Shown: one piece after another, positions 29,881-40,609 of the stretch | Position numbering within the stretch: position 1 is the first letter of the stretch | Layout: each line of letters begins with the position of its first letter | NCBI GenBank assembly: GCA_049522195.1 | Contig: JBEKOB010000008.1 | Span: forward strand, 1,251 to 65,250 | Direction of reading: 5' to 3' | Source: Bacteroidota bacterium | GTDB lineage: Bacteria; Bacteroidota; Ignavibacteria; UBA10030 | Length of the DNA stretch: 64,000 nt | Notes under the pieces: model-generated | The model's database searches: none | What the model was told of the DNA's origin: nothing | The model's input: the letters and a program-made list of their open reading frames with translations, nothing else | Position numbers and translations under genes: made by a program

Positions 29881-30924
29881 ATGAATAGCATAACGCGAGT
29901 TCTTCTAGCATTGCTGATGTTGAGCGCTCTGCTTCTCTCCTCTTGCGGCAAGCAGGGGACAACCAGCAACGGCGACAAAGTCCAGCCGGTCAACGTGCGG
30001 GTTGAAATCTTAAAGCCATCACGATTGGTCGACGGCATACAGGTCGCCGGCACGGTCAAAGCCTCAGAAGATGCGAGTCTGAGCCCTGAAGAAGGGGGCG
30101 TCGTCAAGGAATGGAAGGCCAGGAAAGGCCAGAGCGTGAAGAAAGGCGATCTGGTGATTGTCCTCAGGGATGAGGTACTGAAAGCCGGTTTGGACGCAGC
30201 AGAGGCACAGTACAAGATGGCTGAGCTCAACCTCGAGAAACAACGAAAAGTATTCGACGAGCAGGGTATCAGCGAACTTCAGCTGAAGAATATGGAATAC
30301 ACGCGGGACGCTGCAAAGGCAAATGCAGACCTCATGAAGGCGCGCTGGGAGCGGACGCAGATCCGGGCTCCCTTTGACGGCATCGTGGACAATATCATCC
30401 CCAACGAAGGCGATTTCGCACCTCCGGGTGTGCCGGTTGCCCGCATCGTCAACACCGCCACGATCAAGATACAGGCGGACATCCCTGAGATGTATTCCGG
30501 CTCTATTACTCTCGGCTCCGCGGCCATCATCACGATTGATGCGCTGCCTGGCGATACGCTCCGGGGCAAGGTAAATTTCGTCGGATCTACTGTGTCGTCT
30601 GCCAATCGCGCGTTGCAGGTGGAAATTGTGGTTTCCAATCCGTACCGAAAAATAAAATCGGAGATGGTGGCAAAAGTAAAGATATTGCGCGGAATAAAGC
30701 CGAACGCGTTGCTGGTCAGCGAGAACCTCATCCAGCTTGTCGACCGGGATCGCACGATCGTATACGTCGAGAATGGTGGCAAAGCCGAGGAGCGACGTCT
30801 GAAACTTGGCGGACACCAGGGAATCATGGTCGAAGTGCTCGAGGGATTGAAACCGGGAGATCGTGTCATTGTGTCCGGGTATCAGAAAGTCGTCAACGGT
30901 TCACCAGTTATCGTTTCGCAATAG
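29881..30924 (+). CDS. RND efflux periplasmic adaptor (membrane fusion protein, HlyD family)
   Basis: Lipobox LSSCG; a coiled-coil hairpin flanked by barrel-sandwich segments (IRAPFDGIVD), typical of MFPs. Confidence 0.85.
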   Translation: MNSITRVLLALLMLSALLLSSCGKQGTTSNGDKVQPVNVRVEILKPSRLVDGIQVAGTVKASEDASLSPEEGGVVKEWKARKGQSVKKGDLVIVLRDEVLKAGLDAAEAQYKMAELNLEKQRKVFDEQGISELQLKNMEYTRDAAKANADLMKARWERTQIRAPFDGIVDNIIPNEGDFAPPGVPVARIVNTATIKIQADIPEMYSGSITLGSAAIITIDALPGDTLRGKVNFVGSTVSSANRALQVEIVVSNPYRKIKSEMVAKVKILRGIKPNALLVSENLIQLVDRDRTIVYVENGGKAEERRLKLGGHQGIMVEVLEGLKPGDRVIVSGYQKVVNGSPVIVSQ

Positions 30925-30937
30925 CGGAGACCTGACC

Positions 30938-33900
30938 ATGAAAATCTGGAGTATTGCAGTTGACAACAAGACCGCAGTATATATCCTGATGGTCTTGATC
31001 GTGATGTTCGGCTGGAGTTCGTACACCGATCTTCCGCGCGAAGCCGCTCCCGACGTGAAGATTCCGTTGATCATCGTGGCGACACCGTACATTGGTGTGT
31101 CTCCTGTCGATATCGAGGGATTGATCACACAACCGCTTGAGAAGGAACTCAAGGGGCTCAAGGATATCAAACACATTACCTCCGTTTCCAAAGAGGGACT
31201 TTCTACTATTCAGGTGGAGTTCAATACCGGCATCGATATTGACGAAGGACTACGGCGTGTTCGGGACAAGGTCAATTCGGCACGATCGCAGCTTCCCAGC
31301 GACATTCTTGATCCCGTGATCAACGAGATCAATATCAGCGAGTTCCCCATCATGTATGTCAACGTGAGCGGGCAGGTCGGACTGGCACGACTGAAGAAAA
31401 TTGCAGATGATTTGCGCGACGATATCGAGGCGATTCCCGGCGTTATCGCATCAGACATTACGGGCGGACTCGAGCCAGAAGTACAGGTTAACGTCGACGT
31501 CTACCGGATGAACGCTTACCAGATCAGCTTTGACGATATCGCGAACGCCATACGGGCGGAAAACCTCTCGATCCCTGGCGGGTCCATCGATACCAAAGAC
31601 AAGAACCTGACGATTCGCATTCCGGGGGAGTTCAAAGAAGTGCGTCCCCTGGAAGATATCGTGCTGAAGATGCAGAACGGCAAACCCATCTATCTTCGTG
31701 ACGTGGCAAAGGTCGATTACTCCTTTGAAGACCGTCAAACCTATGCACGCTTAAATTCGAAAGAGGTGGTATCGGTTCACGTGCGGAAACGCGCTGGCGA
31801 GAACCTCCTGCGTATAACAGATGAAGTGAAACAAATAGTCGCCGAGAAGCGAACCTCACTCCCGCAGGGCATTTCTATCGATATCTCGAATGACCAGTCA
31901 AAGTTTGTGACGAGAATGGTCAAAGAGCTTGAAAACAGCGTCTTGACCGGCATGTTCCTGGTTGTCATGTCTCTGTTCATGTTCTTCGGGTTCAAGAACT
32001 CACTCTTGATCTCGACGGCGATCCCGCTCTCAATGTTTGTGGGATTCGTTGTCCTTTCTGCTCTTGGGATCACGTTAAACATGGTCGTGTTATTCTCCAT
32101 GGTGTTGGTACTCGGCATTCTGGTTGATGATGCCATTGTCGTCATTGAAAACACGTACCGGCATCAGCAGGAATATGGGGAAAGCCCGGAAGTAGCTGCG
32201 AAGAAGGCAGCCGGTGAGGTCTTCGTGCCCGTCCTGACGTCGACCGTAACGACCCTATCGGCATTCCTCCCGCTGGCGTTCTGGCCGGGGATTGTCGGTG
32301 ACTTCATGAAGTACTTCCCTTACACGCTGATCATTACGCTGACAGCATCTCTATTCGTGGCGTATGTCATCAGCCCCGTGCAGGCCGCGCGGTGGATCAA
32401 CTACAAGCGCGATATACGGAAGGCAAAGGAAAATCTTGAACACCCACATTGGTACAAGAAATACAACCCATTTACGATCCTATATCACGAGGTCGACAGC
32501 ATTGTCTTTCCGCGGCTTCAATCAGAATACGTGAAAACCCTGAAATGGACGCTCGATCACAAGGGACTAACGATGGGGGGAGCCTTTGGCTTGCTCGTCC
32601 TGATCATGGTGTTGTTTGGACTGTTCAACAAGGGGGTCGATTTCTTCCCGAATACTCAGCCATCGCAGGTCACAATGAATATCGAGATGCCGGCAGGGAC
32701 TTCACTCGATGTGACCAATAACCTCGCCCAGCTCATGGAGGAACGTCTCGATCAGATCCCTGGACGAAAAGATGCCGAGTTCGTCGCGACGAGCGTCGGG
32801 ACGTCCGACAATGCGTTTGATTTCGGTGGCCAAGGAACGCCGAATAAGTCCCAGATCGCGATTATTTTCTATGAGAAGAAGTTGCGCGCACAGAACACGT
32901 TCCAGACGCTCGAAGAAGTTCGTAAGACGACCGCGGGGATCGCGGGTGCAGATCTCCGCGTCGCAAAGCAGCAGATGGGTCCTCCCGTTGGAGCACCTGT
33001 GAGCGTAGAGATTTCAGGTCAGGATTATGATCAGCTCGAGTCACTCAGTCTCGTCGTGCGGGAAAAGATCAAAGACATCCCGGGCCTTGTCGATCTCAAG
33101 GACGACTACAACACCGGCCGTCCCGAGGTTGAAATAAGGATCGATCGCGAGAAAGCGGGTATGTACTACACGAGCACCGGTCAGATCGCCTCGACCGTGC
33201 GAGCCGCGATTGCCGGCGTTGATGCATCGAAGTACCGCGTTGGCGAGGACCAGTACAACATCCGCGTCCGATTACAGGAAGACCAGCGGATGTCACCGAG
33301 TGATCTCGAGAACCTGCGGATCACCTTCATGAACCGCCGCGGACAATTGCTTTCCATCCCTCTGACATCGGTCGCGGATCTTAAGCGAACGACGGCGGTG
33401 TCAGATATCAAGCGAAAAGATCAAAAGCGTGTCATCACAGTTTCCGCTGACGTTGAGGGACGCGTTCAATCCGACGTCATCAGTGACGTCAAGGCGCGTA
33501 TCTCGGGCTTGTCGCTTCCGGTCGAGTACGGTATCAAGCTGACGGGATCACAGGAAGAGCAACAGAAAGCCACGGATTTTCTTGGCAAGGCATTCATCAT
33601 CACGTTGCTCCTTGTCTTCCTGATTATGGTGGCGGAGTTCAATTCACTGAAAGTCCCTTTCGTGATCCTCATTTCCGTCCTTCTCTCGCTGATCGGGGTC
33701 ATGCTTGGGCTGGTGGTCACGCGAACACCCGCGAGCGTCGTGATGACGGGTGTCGGCGTTGTTGCTCTTGCCGGAATCGTCGTGCGCAACGGCATCGTCC
33801 TTCTGGACTTCGTGAAGCACAAACACGATGAAGGGGGACTCTCACTGGAAGATGCACTTCTCGAAGCGGGAAGGATTCGTCTACGCCCGGTGGTCCTGAC

Positions 33901-34156
33901 GGCAGCTGCAACTGTACTCGGTGTGTTGCCTATGGCGACGGGGATCGACTTTGACTGGCGTGAATTCCACTTCATTTTCGGCGCAGAGAGCGCAGAGTTC
34001 TGGCGACCGCTGGCAGTAACCATCATTTTCGGTCTGACGATTTCCACCTTCTTGACGCTTGTAATCGTCCCCACCGTGTATTCGCTGCTTGAAGAGTGGA
34101 CGAACAGAGTCTCAAGTTTCTTCAGGCGATTCAGAGGAAGAGAACAGGAAAACTAA
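30938..34156 (+). CDS. RND-family efflux transporter permease (AcrB/AcrD/AcrF type)
   Basis: About 1070 aa with 12 TM helices and two large periplasmic loops; VLGILVDDAIVVIEN motif. The start is taken at MKIWSIAVDN (ATG 30938). Confidence 0.9.
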   Translation: MKIWSIAVDNKTAVYILMVLIVMFGWSSYTDLPREAAPDVKIPLIIVATPYIGVSPVDIEGLITQPLEKELKGLKDIKHITSVSKEGLSTIQVEFNTGIDIDEGLRRVRDKVNSARSQLPSDILDPVINEINISEFPIMYVNVSGQVGLARLKKIADDLRDDIEAIPGVIASDITGGLEPEVQVNVDVYRMNAYQISFDDIANAIRAENLSIPGGSIDTKDKNLTIRIPGEFKEVRPLEDIVLKMQNGKPIYLRDVAKVDYSFEDRQTYARLNSKEVVSVHVRKRAGENLLRITDEVKQIVAEKRTSLPQGISIDISNDQSKFVTRMVKELENSVLTGMFLVVMSLFMFFGFKNSLLISTAIPLSMFVGFVVLSALGITLNMVVLFSMVLVLGILVDDAIVVIENTYRHQQEYGESPEVAAKKAAGEVFVPVLTSTVTTLSAFLPLAFWPGIVGDFMKYFPYTLIITLTASLFVAYVISPVQAARWINYKRDIRKAKENLEHPHWYKKYNPFTILYHEVDSIVFPRLQSEYVKTLKWTLDHKGLTMGGAFGLLVLIMVLFGLFNKGVDFFPNTQPSQVTMNIEMPAGTSLDVTNNLAQLMEERLDQIPGRKDAEFVATSVGTSDNAFDFGGQGTPNKSQIAIIFYEKKLRAQNTFQTLEEVRKTTAGIAGADLRVAKQQMGPPVGAPVSVEISGQDYDQLESLSLVVREKIKDIPGLVDLKDDYNTGRPEVEIRIDREKAGMYYTSTGQIASTVRAAIAGVDASKYRVGEDQYNIRVRLQEDQRMSPSDLENLRITFMNRRGQLLSIPLTSVADLKRTTAVSDIKRKDQKRVITVSADVEGRVQSDVISDVKARISGLSLPVEYGIKLTGSQEEQQKATDFLGKAFIITLLLVFLIMVAEFNSLKVPFVILISVLLSLIGVMLGLVVTRTPASVVMTGVGVVALAGIVVRNGIVLLDFVKHKHDEGGLSLEDALLEAGRIRLRPVVLTAAATVLGVLPMATGIDFDWREFHFIFGAESAEFWRPLAVTIIFGLTISTFLTLVIVPTVYSLLEEWTNRVSSFFRRFRGREQEN

Positions 34157-34417
34157 ACCGGATTCGCGAAAGCGCTGTTGGCATGTGAATCTCAGAACAT
34201 TTCTCACTCTCAGGAATGGGAGCCCGAAGCTCGCATAGCTGGTTTTGGTGCTCCCTTTCCTGTTTTTCCCCTTTCCGCCAGCCAAATTCCCTTTCAATAC
34301 CGCCACGTGCGAGACAAATCCCGGTTTCATTCGTTCTATACTATCATAGAAGAACTTGGTATCTTGATCATCAACCAGTATGCGCTACTGTTGTTGCATC
34401 GTATAAGGAAACCGTTC

Positions 34418-35269
34418 ATGACCATGCCCATTTTGACCGCATCTCATCGTCTCAGGAACAATTACGGAATGAACTTCGCTCTCTCAAGTCTCGTCGTGTC
34501 ATTTGTTGTTACTTCTGCACTCATTACATTCACGGGTTGCAGCAGTACACTCGAGCTCACCAGCCGTTGGACAAATCATGAATTGAGGATTGACGGCACA
34601 GGGAAAGAATGGAAAGATGGCACAACGCTGCTTCCCGGACCCCAGGTCCTCGTTGGAATCAAGAACGACAAGGACAATCTTTACGTTTGCCTGATCACGG
34701 CAAATCGAATGACGCAGGCACAGATGCTTGCTCTGGGAACAACCGTTTGGTTTGATACGGAGGGACAGAAGAACAAGAGGTTCGGCATACAGTTCCCGGT
34801 AGCCGGCCTTCTTCAGGGGCGCCGATTCCCGACACAGCAAAATCCTGAGGATTTGAAACGTCTCATCGAAGCAGCACAGCGACAGTTTGAGGTTGTCGGT
34901 CCGGGTCAAGATGAACGTCACCGTATAGCAGACAGGCAGGACAAGGGTATTGATGTGCACCTCGGCTATGCCGATGGCACGCTTACGTACGAACTGAAGA
35001 TTCCGCTTCACAAATCTTCCGATCGCCCCTACGCGATCGGTGCCGACCCTCTCAAGCGTTTGACGATCGGCCTGGAAACAGGAGAGTACTCCGACGCGAT
35101 GCGGGCTCAGATGAGCGGGCCCAGCCGATCAGCCGGCAGTTCAGGAGGGGGCGGAGGAGGCAGGGGTGGGAGGGGCGGTGGTGGCGCACAGAGCTCAAGC
35201 GCTCTTGGTGGAGACGCTCCGGAACCTCTCAAACACTGGCTCGTTGTACATCTTGTGGCGCCGAATTGA
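34418..35269 (+). CDS. Lipoprotein of unknown function with a Gly/Arg-rich tail
   Basis: Lipobox ITFTGC. The C-terminal stretch is SAGSSGGGGGGRGGRGGGGAQSS. The start is ATG 34418 (AAGGAA 9 nt upstream) or ATG 34469; the 80 codons upstream in the ORF track are unlikely to be coding. Confidence 0.55.
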   Translation: MTMPILTASHRLRNNYGMNFALSSLVVSFVVTSALITFTGCSSTLELTSRWTNHELRIDGTGKEWKDGTTLLPGPQVLVGIKNDKDNLYVCLITANRMTQAQMLALGTTVWFDTEGQKNKRFGIQFPVAGLLQGRRFPTQQNPEDLKRLIEAAQRQFEVVGPGQDERHRIADRQDKGIDVHLGYADGTLTYELKIPLHKSSDRPYAIGADPLKRLTIGLETGEYSDAMRAQMSGPSRSAGSSGGGGGGRGGRGGGGAQSSSALGGDAPEPLKHWLVVHLVAPN

Positions 35270-35370
35270 GGATGAGCGCCCTCGACAATGAACACTGATA
35301 TGCAGGATTTTCTCTAGAGTTCACACATTTAATTCACTCATTCCACAAACAACCAACACGGAGCACATTT

Positions 35371-35757
35371 ATGAAATCATTCGCACACCGCCTCCTCGTC
35401 CTCACGGCGATGGTATTTGTTGCCGGCTTGCTGCAGGTCGCTTTCGCCCAACCACAAGGACAAGGTATGAGGATTTCTCCAAAACAGCGCGCCGATACAC
35501 TTGGTAAACAACTCGGACTTGATACCGCCACTGTCGCCAAAGTCGCCGCCATCATGGAAAAGTATCAGAAACAGATGATGGATAAGAGAAATGAACTTCA
35601 GGGAGATATGGACAGCATGCGCGCCGCGATGATGGAAATTCGCGAGAATCAGACCAAGGATATCAAGGCACTGCTGACAAAAGCGCAAGCAGCGAAGTAC
35701 GACGAGATACTGAAACAACAACAGCAACGGATGCAAAACCGTCCGCCGCGCAACTGA
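35371..35757 (+). CDS. Spy/CpxP-like periplasmic protein (LTXXQ motif)
   Basis: Signal peptide ending VAFAQ; an all-helical K/Q/M-rich sequence with LTKAQ (LTXXQ); 128 aa. Confidence 0.55.
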   Translation: MKSFAHRLLVLTAMVFVAGLLQVAFAQPQGQGMRISPKQRADTLGKQLGLDTATVAKVAAIMEKYQKQMMDKRNELQGDMDSMRAAMMEIRENQTKDIKALLTKAQAAKYDEILKQQQQRMQNRPPRN

Positions 35758-35779
35758 CGTCGCAGGAACATGTTCAAAG

Positions 35780-35840
35780 AGGGGCGATTCACAGTCCTGG
35801 CAAAACTCAGGATCGAATCGCCCCTTGCTGTTTCTGTCTT
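35780..35840 (+). terminator. Rho-independent terminator after the Spy-like gene
   Basis: Perfect 11-bp stem AGGGGCGATTC (35780-35790) / GAATCGCCCCT (35815-35825), followed by TGCTGTTTCTGTCTT. Confidence 0.55.
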
Positions 35841-35968
35841 CCTCCAGTATATTCACACCAGCAGCACCAAAGAGGTGGAACACATTCCACCTTCCCTCAC
35901 ACCGTGTTCCCTTCATCAGAACCAATCATTGATGGATTTCTTCCATCGTCGAGGAAAGCATATCGTTC

Positions 35969-36775
35969 ATGAAGGACAAAGTCATTCTCATTACCGGCTC
36001 GACAGATGGCATCGGCAGGCAGGCGGCGCTCGAGCTCGCCGCCATGGGCGCCACCGTACTGGTTCACGGGCGTAATGAAAGCCGTGGCAAGAATGTCGTG
36101 GAAGAGATTCGCAAATCGACTGGAAATCAGAAAGTCGATTTGCTCATAGCGGACTTTTCTTCGATGGAGCAGGTTCGCCGGCTGGCCGCCGACGTGAAGC
36201 AACGCTGCGCCGCTCTTCATGTACTTATCAACAATGCGGGCGTTTTTATGAACGAGAGACGACTCACTGTTGACGGGTTCGAAACGACTTTCGCCGTCAA
36301 CCACCTTGCGCCGTTCCTCCTGACCAACCTTCTTCTGGATCTTCTGAAGGAGAGTGCTCCCGCGCGTGTCATCACTGTCAGCTCAGTGGCTCACACAAGG
36401 GGAAAACTGGACTTTGAGAACCTTCAGGCAGAAAGACGCTTTGGCGGCTACAGCGCGTATGCACTTTCAAAACTCGCAAACATGCTGTTTACGTACGAGC
36501 TTGGCGATATGCTTGCGGGAACAGGTATCACATCAAACTGTCTGCACCCGGGCCTCATCGGAACGAAGCTCCTTCGCACGGGCTTCAACATCACCGGATC
36601 GAGTACGGCGGACGGAGCAGAGACACTTATCTATCTTGCCACATCACCTGAGGTCGACGCTGTGACCGGAAAATACTTTCAGGAGAAGCAGGAAACCCCT
36701 TCATCACCAATCACCCATGACGCCGCCCTCCGCAAAAGAATGTGGGAGGTCAGTGCGCAACTCACCGGTCTCTAA
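35969..36775 (+). CDS. Short-chain dehydrogenase/reductase (SDR) family oxidoreductase
   Basis: ITGSTDGIGRQAA (TGxxxGIG), NNAG and the YSAYALSKLAN (YxxxK) catalytic motif. Confidence 0.85.
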   Translation: MKDKVILITGSTDGIGRQAALELAAMGATVLVHGRNESRGKNVVEEIRKSTGNQKVDLLIADFSSMEQVRRLAADVKQRCAALHVLINNAGVFMNERRLTVDGFETTFAVNHLAPFLLTNLLLDLLKESAPARVITVSSVAHTRGKLDFENLQAERRFGGYSAYALSKLANMLFTYELGDMLAGTGITSNCLHPGLIGTKLLRTGFNITGSSTADGAETLIYLATSPEVDAVTGKYFQEKQETPSSPITHDAALRKRMWEVSAQLTGL

Positions 36776-36929
36776 GAAGGTGCCACGCACCACACGCCAT
36801 TTCATTATTCTAGATTCGACGTTCGTTATTGGATACTCAGGTAAATCTCGAATATCGAACAATCGAACTCCCAACGCAGAAGTGAGGGTAGGTGGACTGC
36901 AATTCGGTCGACGCAAGAATCCGCGTCGT

Positions 36930-39164
36930 TTAGTTGGGTAGGATGCCTTCTGCAGAAACTCGCTTCGTTGAACTCCATACCTGCTTTCCGCGAACCCGCA
37001 GGTACGTCCCATCGACAAGACTATAGCGGACAGTCTGATTCCCTTCGTGATGCATCACTAACACCAATGCATCTGTCTCAATCTCACCTTCCCTGGTCGA
37101 CTCGGATGGGACATACAGATCATCCGATCCCTCCGGCGATTGTAGTCGGAAGTGTGTCCCCGAGATTGCGGAGTATTTGACGGAAGTGATTTCGTGGCGG
37201 TAGGGAAAGAGAAGAACATTGTACTTCATCGTGCTGGCGGCTTTTGAAATCTGGTCGAAAGCGATCCAGTTGATCTGCTCTGTCTTCCCCGGCGTAAGGT
37301 CACTTGTGCTGGAGGCCATCGAGGTGCCGGTCCGCGGGCTCCCGCCGCCGGCGAGTGGATAGATAAGCATGCCCGGCTGACCTGTGCTGTAATACTCGTG
37401 CCCATCACGCACAAGCGAAGTCGGAGTGTGGAAATACCATGAAAGTGTATCTCCCCCCTTCTCACACTTCAGATCGTCGAGGATGACCCAATAGCGGTGG
37501 TTGACAAAGAGAATCTGACGGCGATGTCGCACTCCTGATCGTTGATAGCCGCGGTGTTCTCCCGAGAAATACTCGAGCAGAGAATTTGAACTCCACTTGA
37601 TATTCTCCCCTTCTACGGACTCGCGCTCCATGTTCCGGCCATTGACCGTCACCATATTATGCGCCTGGGAAGACTTATACCATGGAATGTAAAGGGGGTC
37701 GTCATAGGTCAGACCGATCCCGGCGTCAACAGCGAAGGCCTTGCCGTATGCATACACCTCGAAGTCGAGCATATCACTGTGCGTATGCGGCCCATTCCAT
37801 TTTCCGTAGTTGACATTCAGATAGAGCGCGCTGGGAGTCCAGTCGCTTCTCATCACTGTGAAGCCTGAAGCGGGCATATGGCGGGAAACAAATGGGGGGA
37901 GCGTCAGGCTTGCGGCATTCGTGGAAATACCGAACAGGTTATTCAGGACGCCGTAGACGTATGGCTTCTTGTAGAACTCCGCTCCATCCTGAAGGATGAA
38001 TGCAGGAAACAGTCCGCGGTGGCTATCATTGATGGACGGAATCTCCCCCGTCGGCGCAAGCATGGCGATCCACCAATCGATCGTGTTGCCCATTCGCTGA
38101 CGGATCTCCTGCTCAAGGTCCTCCCGAACGTGGTACACCGAGAGCAAGTAGTAGAGGTTCCGATAGGAAAGATATGTTGCCTGCGTGTAATTTCTTGGGG
38201 CCCGTTCGGAGTGCCCCCCGTCCTCAAAGAAGTCCTGCTGCAAATGCTCTTCGAGGCGTTGCAGCGCCAGCTTCAACCATTCTTTTGAATCCTTGAACTC
38301 GGGGAACACCATGGCAAGCTGCGCCAGCATGTAGCTGCCATGGATCTGCCAGTTTCCGGACCGATACCCCTCCCACTGCTCAAGCTGGTATAACCATCGG
38401 CCAGCGGCAAGGATGGTTTTCAGCATTCGCTCATGGGTCAGCAGCGATCGCTGCGCATATGGCAGAAAATAGTACTCGATGAACATTCTGTTCCTGACAC
38501 CCAATCCAAGTTCATAGTAAACCACATCCAGCTCGGGGAATCCACGAGTGATGGAGTTTCGTTGCTCATACCATTGATGAAAGAGCTCATCGAATTTCGC
38601 AAGGTATCGTTGATCACCGCTGTTCACATACGCGAGGATGAGCGCCTTCGACCACCCCCAGTAGTGAAATCCGTACTTGCCCGATTGGCCGACTTCACGA
38701 TTGAAGTCCACCTTCTGTCCAAAATCGACAACAACATCCCCCCAGGGACGGAAAATATTCTTCAGGATGAGCGACGCCCTGGCCATAACAGTGTCGTTTT
38801 CCTCCTTGGAGTGGGATGCATATGCCCGGACATCCTCGTACCCCATCAGCATTTCTGTATCGGTCAGAAGGTGGTAGGTCTGCGTTGCATATTTCGGTTG
38901 CTGTTTGGAATCCCAGTACGACCCCCATGCGCGATAGGCCTGAGCGTAGTCCTCTCGCCGAGCGGCGGCTTCCGTACTTCCCAACGCTGGTTGATCCAGT
39001 TGCAGGGCGCCGAAGAGATCGGCATCACTGATGGCTTTGATCTGGTGTTCTACGTAGTCAGCGTTGCTGAGCAGCGAATGATCAGAGAACTTGAGCTGAC
39101 CAATGAGAGCGTTTGACGCGAGAAAGAGGATAGAAAGAAACAGAACTGAGCGATGGTTTCTCAT
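36930..39164 (-). CDS. Heparinase II/III-family polysaccharide lyase, secreted
   Basis: Signal peptide. An N-terminal alpha/alpha-toroid-like region (DGGHSERAPRNYTQ) is followed by GPHTHSDMLDFEVYAYG, which resembles the H.H.D.LSF motif of the heparinase II/III-like C-terminal domain. Confidence 0.65.
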   Translation of the reverse strand: MRNHRSVLFLSILFLASNALIGQLKFSDHSLLSNADYVEHQIKAISDADLFGALQLDQPALGSTEAAARREDYAQAYRAWGSYWDSKQQPKYATQTYHLLTDTEMLMGYEDVRAYASHSKEENDTVMARASLILKNIFRPWGDVVVDFGQKVDFNREVGQSGKYGFHYWGWSKALILAYVNSGDQRYLAKFDELFHQWYEQRNSITRGFPELDVVYYELGLGVRNRMFIEYYFLPYAQRSLLTHERMLKTILAAGRWLYQLEQWEGYRSGNWQIHGSYMLAQLAMVFPEFKDSKEWLKLALQRLEEHLQQDFFEDGGHSERAPRNYTQATYLSYRNLYYLLSVYHVREDLEQEIRQRMGNTIDWWIAMLAPTGEIPSINDSHRGLFPAFILQDGAEFYKKPYVYGVLNNLFGISTNAASLTLPPFVSRHMPASGFTVMRSDWTPSALYLNVNYGKWNGPHTHSDMLDFEVYAYGKAFAVDAGIGLTYDDPLYIPWYKSSQAHNMVTVNGRNMERESVEGENIKWSSNSLLEYFSGEHRGYQRSGVRHRRQILFVNHRYWVILDDLKCEKGGDTLSWYFHTPTSLVRDGHEYYSTGQPGMLIYPLAGGGSPRTGTSMASSTSDLTPGKTEQINWIAFDQISKAASTMKYNVLLFPYRHEITSVKYSAISGTHFRLQSPEGSDDLYVPSESTREGEIETDALVLVMHHEGNQTVRYSLVDGTYLRVRGKQVWSSTKRVSAEGILPN

Positions 39165-39239
39165 GAGGATGGGATATCCAGACTATGAAGGAGGAACTTC
39201 TGAGGTTTGATGATGCCGGAAGGAGGGGACCAGAGGGTT

Positions 39240-40130
39240 TTACGGGAGTGTGAGCTCCATACCTTCCCGCGCGCCGATGCATTCGGTCTTGCCGTCAATG
39301 AGCTTTGTAAGATGATTCGCTTCCTTCACCATCCCGTCCACAAAACTATCATCGTGATGCGGGTCGTGATGAAAGAGGGCCCATTTTTTCACATTGGCTT
39401 GAACCGCGAAACGCACAACAGACTCCACCGGGGAATGTCCCCACCCTCGCTTGTCTTTGTTGTACTCCTCTGTTGTGTATTGCGCCTCACCGATCAGAAG
39501 ATCCGCCTGCGAGAGAAACTCTACAAACTTCTCGTCGAGGTAAGTCGGAAAATCCAGGGCAGTCGCGGGATTCTGGGAGTGCTTGAACAGCGTTCCTTGA
39601 TACGGCTCGTTGTCGGTTGCGTACACAACGCTTGATTTTCCATCCGATACACGGTACGCGAGGCAAAGCGCAGGATGATTCAGGTAGAAGTGCCGCACGG
39701 AGAGTTCATTGATCGTAATATCTTCCCGCATTTCGTGGACGTGAAGATCAGCACTCATCGCCCCCAGCTCAACGGGGAAGTAATCCGAGTCCATCTGGAT
39801 CGTGAGGATCTTATCGAGCGATTTGTCGCGCCCCGGGGGACCGTAGAGGTGGATGGTGTTTTTCTTTTCGTATGCTGGAAGGAAAAAAGGAAAACCCTGG
39901 ATGTGATCCCAGTGGGTGTGACTGATGAAGACGTGGATCGTCAGAGGCTGGGTAGGAAATTCTTTGAGCAGTTGATCGCCGAGCTCACGGATGCCGGTGC
40001 CGGCGTCGAATATGACAATGTGGGAGCCTGTGCGTAACTCGACGCACGAAGTATTCCCCCCATAGCGCGTCGTCGAAGAACCCGGTGTGGCAATGGAACC
40101 GCGTGTGCCCCAGAAGCGGACCTTCATCAT
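39240..40130 (-). CDS. MBL-fold metallo-hydrolase
   Basis: ISHTHWDHIQG (HxHxDH) motif and the typical N-terminus MKVRFWGTRGSIATPG....YGGNTSCVEL. A 1-nt overlap (TAATG) links it to the receiver gene. Confidence 0.8.
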   Translation of the reverse strand: MMKVRFWGTRGSIATPGSSTTRYGGNTSCVELRTGSHIVIFDAGTGIRELGDQLLKEFPTQPLTIHVFISHTHWDHIQGFPFFLPAYEKKNTIHLYGPPGRDKSLDKILTIQMDSDYFPVELGAMSADLHVHEMREDITINELSVRHFYLNHPALCLAYRVSDGKSSVVYATDNEPYQGTLFKHSQNPATALDFPTYLDEKFVEFLSQADLLIGEAQYTTEEYNKDKRGWGHSPVESVVRFAVQANVKKWALFHHDPHHDDSFVDGMVKEANHLTKLIDGKTECIGAREGMELTLP

Positions 40131-40609
40131 TACGAGTTCTTGCGTTTGTGCATGTGGTCGCTGGCAGTCTTCATCAGGTCACCGAACTCGAATGGCTTCA
40201 CGACGTACGCATCCGCTCCCAATTCCGCAGCCTTGTCCATGTCGGGCTTGTAGGATTTTGCAGACATGATGATGATCGCCGTTTTCGAGAACCGGCTATC
40301 TTTGCGGAGCAGCTGGCACACCTCGAATCCAAGGAGCTTTGGCATGACGAGATCGAGGAGGATAAGATCGGGCAATTCAGTTTGAGCGATCCTCACCGCA
40401 TCCTCACCGTTGTCGGCCTGGAATACGGTGAATCCATTTCGCTCAAAGCCCAACACGATCATCTTCCGGAAAAAATCCTCATCGTCGACGATGAGCACTT
40501 TCGGTTTCACTGGGTGATCCGCTCCCGAAACTGGAAAATACCTGATTGAGTTCTCGTGGAAGGTACAGGACTGGCAAGACATCTGCCTTGCTGACCGGAA
40601 ACTTATCAA
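40130..40609 (-). CDS. Single-domain response regulator (CheY-like receiver)
   Basis: KVLIVDDEDF...DLILLDLVMP...IIIMSAK...VVKP. The true start may be GTG 40510 or ATG 40582 rather than 40609. Confidence 0.75.
   Translation of the reverse strand: MISFRSARQMSCQSCTFHENSIRYFPVSGADHPVKPKVLIVDDEDFFRKMIVLGFERNGFTVFQADNGEDAVRIAQTELPDLILLDLVMPKLLGFEVCQLLRKDSRFSKTAIIIMSAKSYKPDMDKAAELGADAYVVKPFEFGDLMKTASDHMHKRKNS

Noticed and set aside
35107-35295. 62-codon Pro-rich - strand ORF
   Set aside because: It is the mirror image of the Gly-rich (GGN) tail of the + strand lipoprotein gene, so it is a low-complexity antisense artefact.
36909-36928. CGACGC/GCGTCG hairpin between the convergent SDR and lyase genes, considered as a terminator
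   Set aside because: The stem is only 6 bp. There is no U-run on the - strand and only TTT on the + strand, 135 nt after the SDR stop. It is too weak to call.
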